Positions 38,525 to 51,237 of a stretch of 64,000 nt of DNA are shown in pieces. Within the stretch, counting starts at the first letter, position 1; every line of letters begins with the position of its first letter. Where the stretch lies: assembly GCA_028534125.1 (NCBI GenBank), contig CM052816.1, forward strand, positions 45,758,001 through 45,822,000. The letters are read 5' to 3'. Made by a program: the position numbers and the translations under genes. A model generated the notes under the pieces. It was given only the letters and a program-made list of their open reading frames with translations, was not told the DNA's origin and did not search any database. The DNA comes from Lama glama (taxonomy: Eukaryota).

Positions 38525-38950
38525 ACAATTCAGTTAAATTCAAGATAGACTTATTGAGGTCTTACTTAGTGGAAAATACAGTATTATATCCTTGGAGGGG
38601 TATCAGAAAAACTAAAATCAGCATTCTAATACAGAAGAGTTAATGATTTTATCATAGCAAACAAATATAACAGCTATTGTTACAAGGAGAGGCAATAAGG
38701 GGCCCAAGAATTTCTTATGCAAAAAAGGAAACTAGTGTGAGCTCTAAGATCTGGAGACAATTCCATAAAGGAGGTGGTGAGAAAAACTGATCTTGAATGA
38801 GTACATAGATAGGAAGGAAAATAGGGAGGCTTTGGCAAAAATTATAAACAAAACAAGATGGTTGGAATGAGCAAATCAAGACTGTACATGAAAACTTTGC
38901 AGGCTTTGGCTTGGCTTGGCTATATTGGATTAATAAAGCTCCATAAAGCA
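38525..38950 (-). mobile_element. Degraded L2 fragment
   Basis: ttcaagatagacttattgaggtcttact...ctgatcttgaatgagtacatagataggaagg. Confidence 0.5.
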
Positions 38951-39734
38951 CAGTGTTTTTGTACTTTAAATTTACAAGAAAATCTGAGTATTGTATTTAC
39001 ATTTTTCCTACATTTAGGCTCTTTTGCCTCTCCTTTTTAATGCACTTTCACCCTGAATATTTGGATGCCACATGATAACTCTTCAGGTTTAGGGGAGCCA
39101 AATCTTGAACATTTGAAGTGATTTCAAGTATCTATTTTTGGTGTTGACATCCTCTGCTGTTAGACATTACAAACTTGAATGTTGGAAGAAATGCAGTGAG
39201 TGCTTATTGAAGGTCCTTTTTCTAGTCCTTTTCAGAAGACTTTTAGGTGATTCAGGCTTTCCCTCTGGATGCCGCAACATAGCTCTTGTTGGTATCTCTG
39301 CACTGATCTATCTTCATGTCCATGTGGTATTTGTGGTGAGGCATCATAAGGCATTGATTCATTCCCAAATGTTCACAAGTAAAATACATCGTATCCCTGC
39401 TGTAGAGCCATTTCCAGAGTAGTGTTAGCTGGAATTTGAGATCGGGGTTGGGAAGTACATGATAGCATAGGGAAGAGTGCTTTAGGTAAATGACCTATTT
39501 CTTTTGCTGTTTCTTCAACTCTAAAGGCTCCAATAAGATGTGATGGATGGAAGTAGAAAAGTAACTGTTACAGAATTCATTCAGCTAGGATAGATGGGGA
39601 TAACAGAGGAGGAGAAAAGGAAATAAACCAAACTATAGGTCTCATATGATAAATCAAACCATAGGCAATTACTCCCAAGTCTTTCCTGTGGTTGCAACCT
39701 GCCACTTTATCTAAATTGCATGTAAGATAGTAGA

Positions 39735-39965
39735 TAAGTCTCTGGAATAAAGTGCCTGGATTTGAACTCTTGACTTAACCATTACATAACTATAGCTTTA
39801 GGCCAAGTTACATAACTTTATTAACTGTAAAAATATAAAATCCTAGTATGTATCTCAGAGTTGTATAGATTAATAACTCTGAGGTATATACTAGTAGATA
39901 CTTTGTAGGTATTTAGAGTAGTGCTTGGCTTATAAGTAGGTGCTGAGTAAATTCTAGGAATTATT
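39735..39965 (+). mobile_element. MIR SINE
   Basis: tgcctggatttgaactcttgact...ggccaagttacataac...gtagtgcttggcttataagtaggtgctgagtaaat. Confidence 0.75.
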
Positions 39966-40959
39966 ACTGAATGGAGACAAGTGATTTCTAATATAGATCA
40001 GTGGACTTTATAATTCTAAAATATTTTCAGAGTTGGAATTATGACCTTTATTTATATTTTACAGAGTACCCCATAGTGGGGGCACCTGAATCATGCTTGC
40101 GTACCTAAGTAGTTTGCAATTTACAACATAATATAGTAGCTGGTTCATGAAATATCAATCATAAAAGGGTGTTTTAGATTCTGCAGAAGACAGAATGGAT
40201 AGAGTTAGCAGACGGGACCATGGAAAGCAAGTAGTGCTTTGGGAGTAGGTCACATTTAGTAATCTATGTAATATCTGAGATTAAAAGATGAAACAAATGT
40301 ATTATTGGAAAATGTTGAAGGTTAATAAAATTAATAGTCACGGACTAATATAAAGTAAACTGAAAAGTTAGAATAAAAGATGTGAGAACTTATACTGCAA
40401 TCAGCTGCAACAGTTTAGCATTCCACTAAACTCCATCAGCATATACTTTGGCAAATAAAGAATGTGCTTACTATAAAAATTCACCTTTAAGATAAATGGC
40501 CTAGCTCCTTCCTAGAAATTGCTATTTTTAAAGTATTTTTATGCAGAAATCCTAAAGCCATTGCAAATCACAAACATCATGTTTTGTGCTGATAAAGATA
40601 TCTAATAACTCTCTCCCCTTTTGCTTTTTTGAAATGCCTAAAGGAGCTATCTACCCACCCAGCTTTGGGAGGTTGGATCTTAGATTTAGACTGTTAGATT
40701 TTCCAGTGAGGGTGTCAGATAGAATACTCATGAACTTATTTGTGTTTTCTTTTCTAGTCTGAATAGGAACTGAGGTAAATTGTGACAGACATCACTATGA
40801 TTTGTCAATATCTGATCCTCGAGAGGCTATACTTCTCAGTTACCTGGCAGATAGAAGACTAGTTTCTAATTTTAACCAATGCAGTGTCAGCAAAAGTCAT
40901 GTGTAATACTCCTAGTTCAAGGCAGTGAAAGGTCCTACTGGATTCTAAACTGTCTTCTG

Positions 40960-41190
40960 CCTGATAGATTGTGGAGGCAATCCTTGGGATCCTGAGTGAC
41001 TTAGATGATAAACCACAAAATCAAATCAGCCTGTATTTCCAGGTCTCTGACTGGAAGTAAGCTGAGTCAGGAGTCGTCTGGGTTTGTAACAGGCTTAGCA
41101 TAGCAGAAAAATAAACTTCCGTTGTATTAAACCACATAGATTTTGAGACTGTTAGCATAGCTTAGCCGTTCATTTCCTCACTAATGCAGA
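40960..41190 (+). mobile_element. Old MaLR LTR 3' fragment
   Basis: agaaaaataaacttccgttgtattaaaccac...ttttgagactgttagcatagcttagcc...ctaatgca. Confidence 0.55.
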
Positions 41191-41914
41191 GGGTTAAATA
41201 GTACTTATTTTAGGAAAAGTGACTTTTGTTTAAATATAGCTTTGGTTTTTGGAAAATTAAGTTACTCAAATTCAGAGAAAAATAAAAAAGGGAAAACTTA
41301 GAATTACAGCATCACTTGACTGATCTATTATTTATCTATCTTAACTCTCCCATTACGTTTAAATTACCATTATATATGGTGAAACATCTTTAGGGAAGCA
41401 GAATTTAGGCTGATAAATAGAAATGAGTTTCTGTTTATTGATTCTTTCTGTTCTTTCCTTTTTGAGAGAAGGAAGGGGAGTTCTAGTATTTCCCTCATAA
41501 TCTACTTTTTGGATATCTTTTCCACCTTGCCAAAGATTACTTCATACTTCTATAGTGTATAAAAGAGATTTCCGAACCTAACACATTAAAACAGTGACGT
41601 AAATTAAAGAGGCAAAAAGAAAATGAGGCTAAGATTTACTATCTACTTGTTTTCTTGTCAAGGAGTTTTTGATGGTTAAAAAAAAAAAGAGAGAGTGGTA
41701 TTGGGTATAGGTTTAGGATGAAATGTTTAAAGAGGAAAGCAGGAAGTATTTTGTTGGCATTACCAAAATGTTGGTCCAGGGTAGGCAATATTTCATTTGC
41801 TCTTTTTCTACTCATTTGATACCTCAGTTATTTCTATATTGTTATATGCCCTACCTAGATGAGCATGTATCAATACAGTAAATTTAGATTTCTTATAATG
41901 ACCGGTAAGTATGA

Positions 41915-42270
41915 TGTGGCAGATTTCATTTTCCAAAAATAGTTGTACCAATATATATCCTAGATCACATGCTTTTCTTACAATGTAACACTGATACTCT
42001 TTCATTGAGAGGTGATTCTGCTTTCCCTCTCCTTGAATTCAATTCAACAACTGCCTCTACCAAGAGAATGTGGTACAAGTAATGCAGTGTGACTTCAGAG
42101 GCCATATGGCTTCTGTCTCTTTCTCTCTCGGGATATATGATAAAGGAAGCCATATTCACCACGTGGGAAGTATGACTACCTTGAAACAACCATAAGGACA
42201 GAGAATCCCCAACTCTTCCAGTCCCAACTCTTTGAGTTTCAGCCCAGGCACCAGATAAATGAGTGAGTGT
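41915..42270 (+). mobile_element. MaLR LTR 5' portion (MLT1F/G-like)
   Basis: tgtggcagatttcattttccaaaaat...ctctccttgaattc...aagtaatgcagtgtgacttcagagg...cagcccaggcaccagataaatgagtga. Confidence 0.75.
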
Positions 42271-42274
42271 CATC

Positions 42275-42370
42275 CCCTAAAGACTGGATATCATAAGATT
42301 CCATTCATATAAAAAGTCCACAATAAGCAAATCCACAGGAAGAGAAAATAGATAAATGATTGCTAGAGGA
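42275..42370 (+). mobile_element. Old L1M 3' UTR fragment
   Basis: gattccattcatataaaaagtccacaataagcaaatccacagg...atagataaatgattgctagagg. Confidence 0.6.
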
Positions 42371-44479
42371 AGAATTTTACTTTTCCTAATTCCCAAGGAG
42401 TGTCGTATATGTAACCTAAGTCACCAGAGAAGAACTGATGAAAAAGAGATAAAATTATATATGCAGCATTCTTAGGGAATTTCGATGTGTTTATGGTTTG
42501 TGTACATCCATGAAGATGACTGTTCTGTTGTACTTCTCTATAGCACTTTGAACTGTACTCCACATAGAATAATTATAAATATTTGTTAAATGAAACATTT
42601 AATCTCAAAATATAGATTTGCCTTCACTACCTAGGTTGTGATGCAAAATATTTAGTTACACTGTCTAGAGTTTTGTCAATATAAGTAATTGTGCACCTGT
42701 TATTGTTAATTGAACTACCAGCTATACGTATTGTGAGAATGGTTAAAAAAAAGTGAGATGTCCCTATAAATATGGCATATTACAATGGAATAGCATTAAT
42801 ATGAGAAGTTACAGCCAGATGTCAAACTTTTGCTTAAAATGTCTTTCTAGTGGCAAATCTCTTGTTAGGTATCAATTCAGAGGCCTAGGGTGAGTCAGTC
42901 AGAATGAAATCTTCAGTATAGACTCATACTTAGTTTATATATACTAGAATGAAGAAGTAAACACAACAAGAGAGCACAAGGTCTATTCCAATTAGCTCCT
43001 GTAGCTCTTAGAATATGTATGTCTCTATTCAGTTCTGAATTAGCCGAGTTACCTGTAGTTAGGTTTTTTTTTTTTTTTTTTGTCTAGGGTTGCTGAGGCA
43101 ACGTGGTGTGTTACATTGTACTTCAAAGTGTAAAAGAAGATTTAAAACTAACCATTGAGAATTTATCCTCTTTCAATTTTGGAAAGATCCAAAATAGAAT
43201 ACACCTGCAGGGGAATGTAACTGAATTCCATTAGCAATCACCTGCCAATATTTGAATTTTGAAAGGATGATATTAAATATCTTGTTAACTTAACTATGCT
43301 CATAATGCCAAGTTCTGAAATTCTGCTGAAATAATGTTAAAATAAATATGAAATAACTCAAACCAGCATCAGAGACACATTGAAACATAAATGAAGAACA
43401 GCACACAAATCTATGTAGCCTGTTTATATCGCCCCAGAGATTTAGGTAAAGAAAAACAAACATAACCTTTTCAGCTGTTTCTCACAAGGGAAAAGGAAAA
43501 TGAAACATTTGATTATAATTGTTTTAATGAGCTGTGATTCAAAAGGATGAAGTTGTAATGGTTTGGGTAAAAAATATTGTTAATGAGCTTTTATTTCTAT
43601 CAAAACCTGCAAGATATAAAACTCTCCAAGGATAAAGTTTAGTGGCAAAGCAGTGTTTACTTTCTGAAAATTAAAATTCCTAATATTTATCTGCTTTATT
43701 TTCAACAAACACACTTATTAATTATTTGGTATTACCATTGAAAAGAGATATGTTCAAAGAATACAAACTGTACAAGAGACATAGAATGTTTATGTTACTA
43801 GTTTTCATATTGAACTCAGCTATCGGCTAAACTTCTTTGCCTGATTTTGGAGAGTCTCTTAGTTTTTTATTTTTATATTTTGTATCTCCTACTCTACTTA
43901 TAGGCACAAACAGCATAATCAAAATAGTTGTTCCACGTGAAACAGTAAAACCACCACATTCATTTAAAGTAGGACGTTGTAAGCTGATACTTGTTTTGGA
44001 TATCTGCTGTTACTTCTTCACTAATGCATATTTCCAAAATGAACACTGTAAAGGAAAGTTCAATATATGGTAAGCAGATGTCTACCATTGACTGCAACTT
44101 TTTAACATGATTTAAGATAAAATAAGTGATGTAGGAATTAACATTCAATCTTACTATTAAAATTACAAAGATTAAGTCTGGACTATTTAATTTATCTGCA
44201 TATTAGAATTATAAGTAGTTGTCAATAAGAAACAGAAAAGAAATATATAATTGTAAACGGTTAGTGATAGAGATTCTATTTCAGTGATCAAGGAGTTTGG
44301 TAAGACTGCTGCCATTGAGGGTCAATGATTTGCTAACGGGTCACTCTAACAGTGCAGTCCCAAATTAAAGTTCATTCTCATCAGTGGAAAAAACAGCTTT
44401 CAATTTTGAACTTTTACACACAGTCAATTCGGTTTAAACTCTAAATTTCTGTTTGCTAATGGCCATATTCTATTTGGTG

Positions 44480-44483
<4 letters not shown>

Positions 44484-44515
<32 letters not shown>

Positions 44516-44540
44516 ACACACACACACACACACACACACA
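44484..44540. repeat. Compound (CT)n(CA)n microsatellite
   Basis: Directly visible. Confidence 0.97.
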
Positions 44541-44924
44541 GAGTTATCTTTTTCATCTAGCTTTTTAGTAGAAAACAGAACAATTTAACAAACTGTTAAG
44601 AAGAAAAGGAAGCCAGTGCCTCAAACTTCTCTCCTTAATCTGATTTCTTTCCCTCTTATATCTCAGTTTCACAGGTTTATGAATACCATCAGACTCCTTG
44701 TCATTATCAATGATTAGATATTAAAATAATTTACTTATAAACCTAATATATTGAGAAGAAGCTGGCAAATGTAAGAGGAACTTTTATTAATTCCTAGGAG
44801 TATGTACATCATGAGTCAGATGAAGAGAAATTAGAAAATAGACTTACCTATTATTTAAAGGGCAGAAAAGGGATAATGGCAATACTATTACTACTAATAG
44901 TAATAATAGCAACAACAACAACTA

Positions 44925-45095
44925 CAACAGCTGGTAGTTTGGATTGCTTACTTTATGCTGCACCCTGTTCTGAGCATTTTATATGTATTATCTAATTTCA
45001 TCATCACAAGAATATTATGAAGTAGTAGGTACTGTTTTAATCCTCATCTTACTAGTAAGGAGACTATAGCACTGAAGAAAGTACCTTGGTTAATG
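44925..45095 (-). mobile_element. MIR fragment
   Basis: ctgttctgagcattttatatgtattatctaatttcatcatcacaag...taggtactgttttaatcctcatcttac. Confidence 0.7.
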
Positions 45096-45289
45096 TCAAA
45101 TTGGAATGTCCTAATAGAGGGAGAGATTAATTTAGGGGTTATAAGGCAGTTAAATTAATATTAAACTTTATTAAGCTGAAAATGAGTTAACAAATGATGT
45201 TTTTAGTACATTTTTAACTGTTTACTAGGTATATGACTCCGTATGTATTATGTAGTATGTAATTTATTTCTAAACTTTGCAGAATAACA

Positions 45290-45400
45290 ATTTATTCATG
45301 TAACAAATATTTTTTGAGACATTACTATCACCCTACCAGGACATTCTAAGCACTCAGAATAAGAGTGAATTTCCTGCCCTGATTTATTTTATATTCTAGC
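45290..45400 (-). mobile_element. L2 3' fragment
   Basis: ttcatgtaacaaatattttttgagacattactat...ccaggacattctaagcact...cctgccct. Confidence 0.6.
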
Positions 45401-45404
45401 ATTA

Positions 45405-46285
45405 TCATATCATACATATTATTCAACAACTTATTTCTCTCATAATTGTGTCCTTAGGATTAGTCCAAACATGTATAAATTATTTTATGTTTTCAGTTAG
45501 TATATCATTGTACAAATATACAACAGCTGATCTGTCTCACTACTCATAAGTATTGAGATATTTATCAATTTTGTATTATTGCAAAGGATGCATCTCTGAA
45601 CATGTAAGTCTCTTTGTGTATATGTGTGAGAATTTTTGTCCGTTATATATATATATTTATGTATTAGTTAAAGTAAGATGTTTGTATTGCCATAAGAAGA
45701 TAACTCCAAATCTCAGTGGCTTAATACAAAATAAATTTGTTTCTTGCTCATATGAAGTATGTTGTGGATTCAGGTGACTCCTCAGTGCAGCTGTCCTCCG
45801 TGTGGTTGGCTCAGCATTCCAGGCTGCCTTGATCTTCTGTTCCTCATACATTAGCACATGCTTCTAAGATCATCTGGGCAAGGCAAGTAGAAGCTGAGGG
45901 TTCTTACAGTGGCAGTTATATATCTAGCAATACATGACATCTGACATTCCAGTCTCTGAACCATTGGCCAGTGCTAGCCCCACGCATAGATAAGGGGGCT
46001 AAGGAGTATCATGCTTCTGTATGTCCAGAAGGAGGAAAGAATAGTTTACTTCCATAACCTAGCCATGGAGTTACCTTGTCATGGGGTAAACACATTCTAC
46101 ACTTACAAGATACTGGTGAATTCCTCCTCAGAGTAATAGCTTCAAGTTTACATTTCCATTAGATGTATAAGAGAATCCTTGTTTCCCTGCAGACTCACCA
46201 GGGCTTCATATTATCAGACAATAATTTCTTGCCAATCTGATGTATGTAAATTGTTATCTCATTATTTTAATTTGCACTTCCCTGT
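45405..46285 (-). mobile_element. Ancient L1ME fragment split by an MLT1 LTR
   Basis: tttacatttccattagatgtataagagaatccttgtttccc...ttgccaatctgatg...tatctcattattttaatttgcacttccctg. Confidence 0.6.
45660..46050 (-). mobile_element. Old MaLR LTR (MLT1H/J-like)
   Basis: tgtattagtta...aactccaaatctcagtggcttaatacaaaataaatttgtttcttgctcat...ccattggccagtgctag. Confidence 0.75.
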
Positions 46286-47330
46286 GAGGATGTGTATTTA
46301 CTAAAGTTTTCTAAAATAGAAAATGCATCTATAGAGTTTGCCTTTAGGGAGGGAAGGAGTGAAATAAGAGTAGGGGTGGATATAGAAGACTTAAAAGTTT
46401 ATCTGAGTTGCTTTATTTCTTGAAAATATGACTTAAAAAATACTACAAAGTAGGCAGTTGTTAAATTTAAATAAAATATGTTATAGAGCTTTACTTTTTT
46501 TGGCTTCACATTAAAGCAAGTCTAACATTATTGGGTTTTTTGACTCTCTGTCTTTTACCTCCATGGATGGTGCTATGTTTTATTGTGACCCTGGTGACAA
46601 GACATGCCTAGATTCCCAATAAGTGCTCTTGGGACTTGGTACCTCTGTCCAGCTTCAGTATAACTAAGCCTCTTGGGATTTGGCCATCAAGAGAAAGAAC
46701 ATATTTGCTTTAATTCGGGGGAAAGTGAAATTGTATTTGAGAATCCATAAATGTGAGATTCTATGAGAAAGAGTATAGTGGCTCTTCCTGAAAGCACGGC
46801 TAGAGAGAAAGCAATGACAGAGAAAGCAGATTTTGCCATCTGGAAAAAAAAAAAGATTTGAAATTTGGATAGTTTATGTAGATAATTATTTTTAATGACC
46901 TTTGACTTACATGTGTGTGTTTAGAAGGAAAGTATAACTACTTCAATTTCAACATTACAGGTTAATTCAGCTAATAGGGCTACTTTCCATGTAAATATCT
47001 TCTTTGGTCTCAATCTCTTGGTCACTGAATTTGAAACCAGGATGTCTCTGCTTCTTATTTTCCCTGGAGAAGTTCTGAGTAATACATTTCTTGTGAAAGA
47101 TACAGTCATACCAGTTGATTTTGAGAGTTTTCCTCTTGTTTTTCAGTAAACAATACACTCTAAATTCTGACTCAGAAGGTTTGTTTATTGGTTTTCCTCT
47201 AGCTTTTTCTTTCTATGATTTCAATATGTTGTCCACATCTGAGCTAAAGAATAAATTTGACCTTATATCTCAGAGTTTTAAATAGTTGAAGGCACTGTGT
47301 TCTGAAATTAATTATTCTGTCATATTTTCT

Positions 47331-47568
47331 GTTTCTTTATTTCTTTTTTTATTGACGTATAGTCAGTTTAAAATGCATCAATTTCTGGTGTACAGCATAA
47401 TGTTTCAGTCATACATATACATACATATATTCGTTTTCATATTCTTTTTCACGATAGGTTACTAAAAGATGTTGAATATAGTTCCCTATGCTATATAAAA
47501 GAAACTTACTTATCTATTTTATATATAGTCGTTAGTCTTTGCAAATCTTGGGCTCCCAATTTATTTTT
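47331..47568 (-). mobile_element. Short 5'-truncated LINE-1 (3' UTR only)
   Basis: ttttattgacgtatagtcagttt...gttgaatatagttccctatgctata; perfect 11-bp TSD tcatattttct at 47320-47330 and 47569-47579. Confidence 0.88.
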
Positions 47569-47579
47569 TCATATTTTCT

Positions 47580-48650
47580 TATCTACAAATGTTCCCAGAG
47601 TTAAATTCTTGGCCATTCCTCTTTCCTTTTTGTGTGCTTTCCCTGAATCAACTATGACTCATGGTTTTGACTTTCCCTTCCATGTTGATGGCCCTCTTTA
47701 CAGAACTTCTTCTATTTATAATTTGGTCAGGTTCCAAAAGGTTGGTTTAAGTCTGTTTGGTTTAAGACACTTAAAATGAGTAACTGCTAACACTCTCTTA
47801 TGGTACTAGGCAGAGCTGATTATTTTTTTCCTCTCTTCTGGCTCATAGCTGTGAATCATAAGAGACACTTTTTCTTCATGTTCCCAGCTTCTGAGGTCTA
47901 TATCTCAACTGCTTTTGAGACTTGTTCCCTTGGTGGACTGCCTGAAATTAAACACACTAAAATTTGAGATCATTTCTTTCCAATAAGCTGTGCCTTTCTT
48001 CTTTTAAAAAGAAAAAAAAGGTTACCATTGAAATCACTGGAACTCAGGGTCTCTGAAATGTCTATACCCTCTCATCAATTTTATATCATATGTTCATTTT
48101 CATCAAATCCTGTTCATTCTTCCTCTAAACTTTCTCTGAGGTCTGTGCATTCCTTGCCATTACCACTATGAATAAACTAGTTTCAAAGCTAATCATCATG
48201 TACTTTGAGGATTATAGCAGAGTGGTCCCTGCTTTCAGTCTTCTAGAGCTCCTGTCTCATCTACATAACTGCCAGTCCACTTATCTTTCTAGAGGGCCAG
48301 TTTTACATGCCAGGCTTTGGTTTGATAGCCTATATTGATTCACAGTTTGTTATGAGGTAACTTTCAGACTCCTCAAGATGGCACTGGATTGCATAATAAT
48401 CTGGTTTCACACTAATAGCTAAAGTGTATTTTGTATTTTTCCAAAAGGAATTCTGAATTCCATCAAATTAATACATTTCCTCACAGATGCATCCTGCACA
48501 TTCTCTACTCCAAGCTTTTACTCCTGGTACTGACCCTGAATTGCCTTTTAGTCTTTCACCATATAAATCCATTGATATTTCCAGATCCAAGTTAAGTGTC
48601 ACTGCCTCTTTAAATCCTGTTTAACATCTTCAGTTTTCAGTGATCTCTCA
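47580..48650 (+). mobile_element. Degraded L2
   Basis: catcaaatcctgttcattcttcctctaaac; ttcagactcctcaagatggca; ccagatccaagttaagtgtcactgcctct. Confidence 0.55.
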
Positions 48651-48659
48651 TCTAAAACA

Positions 48660-49270
48660 CCCTTTTATTGTAAACATAATACAAACTTAAAAGATTTGAG
48701 AAGTCCAGAAAAGTTTCGTGAAGTTAAATCTCATCTAATGCAGTCTGGTTTACTTTGACTTTCATCATCATTTGTCTTTTGGAACTTCAGATATGTCTTA
48801 TCACCCAGTTTCAGTCTTATACCTTCAATTGTGTACAGAGCCCTTCCACCTGATGGCTGTAACCGCAAACAACTGTTACAATTTGGCATATTTTCTTGCA
48901 GTCTTTTTTATATGTTGCAGCATTTTTATATGTTTAATACTTTTATATCATAACGTTACGTAAAACTTTAAACAAAACTTTGAATGGTTTTACATTATTA
49001 TAACATAAATTTTCCTTACATTTCACTATATGTCTTTAAAATATTTCTTACTATAAATGATACTGAAAAGAACATTTTTAGATATAAATCTTTGCCTAAT
49101 TTCAGATGATTTCTTTAGGTTAATCTCCTAGAAATGGAATTATTGGTTTAAAGGTATGAAAATTTTATAGTTAAAAAATTCATATCATCAAATTGTTTTC
49201 AAGTTAGGTCTTTAATAATTTATCATTTCAAATCAAGATTCTGTAAGAGTGCTTGTGTTTATTGTGATGA
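48660..49270 (-). mobile_element. Ancient L1ME fragment
   Basis: tataaatgatactgaaaagaacatttt...ggttaatctcctagaaatggaattattggtttaaaggtatg. Confidence 0.6.
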
Positions 49271-49319
49271 AATAGTGACTTAATACTTTTTTTTTTCCCG
49301 AGGAGACTTTAAATGGTTA

Positions 49320-49490
49320 CAAGTGGTAAAACTTTAGGAAAATTGTTAATCTCTCTAGTCCCCAGCATATTCCATAAAATGAAGGTGATAATAGTATCTA
49401 CCTCACAGGTTTGTTAGGAGGATTTAAAGTACATAAAATATTTTGCATACTACCCCACACAAATATGTAGTCAACAAGCAGTAGTTACCA
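49320..49490 (+). mobile_element. MIR fragment
   Basis: ataaaatgaaggtgataatagtatctacctcacaggtttgttaggaggatttaaa. Confidence 0.7.
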
Positions 49491-49839
49491 GGGTTTTAAT
49501 TGTCTATGTATTATATAAGTTATATATTATTCCATTTATATTCTTGTACTATAGACTACATACATTTGCTAGCAAAAGAAAATTTCCCAAATAGTTTCTT
49601 TAACTTAATGCTAAGAATCACATATTAAAGACAATTTTAAATATAGATGCCTCAAACAGTAAAACAGTAAATTATTACAGCTTTCATCACTCTATTGCCC
49701 ACTCTTCTTTGCCTTGAGAAGCCTTCAAACCTCTAGCGGCACTATTGTTCAGTTCCTCACCACTCTTCTTGCAATAGTTCCATACAATAGAACATGCAAA
49801 TCTTAAGGTGTTTCCATTACACTTCAGTGCAATATGATA

Positions 49840-50013
49840 GGGAGGCATATCTAGGTTTTGTGGAGCCTAAAGCTCATATAATTTTAGATGAATATTTAAA
49901 AGGAAAATAATATAAAACTTATAAATTAAAAAATTGTCATCATCCCTACCATATCCTTCCAAGAGGATAGGAGAAGCCCTAAACTTTCTTAGCTTCATGG
50001 AGAATCAACTACT
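49840..50013. mobile_element. Non-autonomous hAT DNA transposon (MER53-like)
   Basis: atctaggttttgtggagcctaaagctcatataattt...agccctaaactttcttagcttcatggagaatc matches my recollection of the MER53 ends. Confidence 0.6.
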
Positions 50014-51223
50014 GTTTCTTTGTGTGTCTCATCACACCTAGCAAAATACCCTTCACACAGTATGTGCTCAGTACACATTTCTTGACTTGAATACGAATTG
50101 AGACTTGAATAGGAATTGGAGAATAATCACAGATGACTTTGATATTGTGTATAGATAAAAGTGTTGGCCACATTCACAGTGATCCCCACATACTAGTGAT
50201 GTAGAAATATAAATCTGCTGACAGCACGTTAAATATAAAGAACAAAATCCACCCGTGATTTTTCTAGTGATAGCCATTATAACCCCTTGATGTTGAGACG
50301 ACAAAGAGAATATACCCATCTCTAACAAAACTTACTTCATTCCTGCTATGCTCACAAGTTGAGACACTCACTCACTAGGATCTATTTTATTCTCCTTCTC
50401 TCTAGAAGTATTCTAGTGGAAATGAAGAAGTTGGTTGCCAGTTTCATTGATAGAACTGAAGCCGATCACAGATTTTAATCATGAGTAACGCTGCTTTAAT
50501 GTTTAAGGAAAGATATTTGGTCTCCTTAATAAGGGATCATTTTTCAAGCTCTTTTTCCAGTTTGGGACAACTGATGGTTAAGAGTCTGTGAGATCATTCC
50601 AGGTCAGCTTAAGCACTGTTACTAGATGTAAAAACAATTGTTTCCATAATATTATGAAATCCAGAGAGGTGAAGCCCTGTTTTAGGGTTTGAGTGCCAAA
50701 GGGCAACAGCAACAAAAAAAGCAAGGTAATTAAATATTTATTTGTTAAAGAGCAGAATGTTTGCAGCATGATAATTCTACCTAGAAATGGATAGATTCTC
50801 ATATACATGCTAAATGTGACTTTTGCAAAGATCAAACTCCTTTACATTGTGGAGGGTCTGTTTCTGTGTTAGGCTGCTGCTGCTTTCTAACTGTAAGCTT
50901 CTCATTTTGGAAACTAAAGTTTCAGCAAGTTACCCTGCTGTAGTCATCTTGGCTCTAATTACTGCGCTTTCATAAAGTCCACTTCTTGTTTATTTTTTAA
51001 GACAAAGAACTTCAGATTAGAGTATGTATCTGCATCCTTCACAGCTACTGAAACTCTTTTTCACCTGAACACTTTATTGAGAACTGTTTAGGAACCTGGC
51101 TTCATATTTCCTTTACAATAAAGAACAAAATGTTCCCGGCACGATGATTCTACTTAGGAATGGATAGATTCTCACATACTTAAATTCTGAAAGGTACAGG
51201 AGATGGTCTGCTCTAAACGACAG

Positions 51224-51237
51224 GTTGCCATGGTTAC
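51224..51237 (-). promoter_or_regulatory. RFX X-box motif
   Basis: Minus strand GTAACCATGGCAAC matches the consensus GTNRCC(N0-3)RGYAAC fully. Confidence 0.5.

Noticed and set aside
49728..49746. CTCF-like motif cctctagcggc
   Set aside because: Missing the GC-rich half of the core consensus; too weak without ChIP data
51141..51190. C/D box snoRNA-like pattern (cgatga...ctga)
   Set aside because: Imperfect C box, too short, no terminal stem, and the boxes are not preserved in the duplicate copy at 50.8 kb
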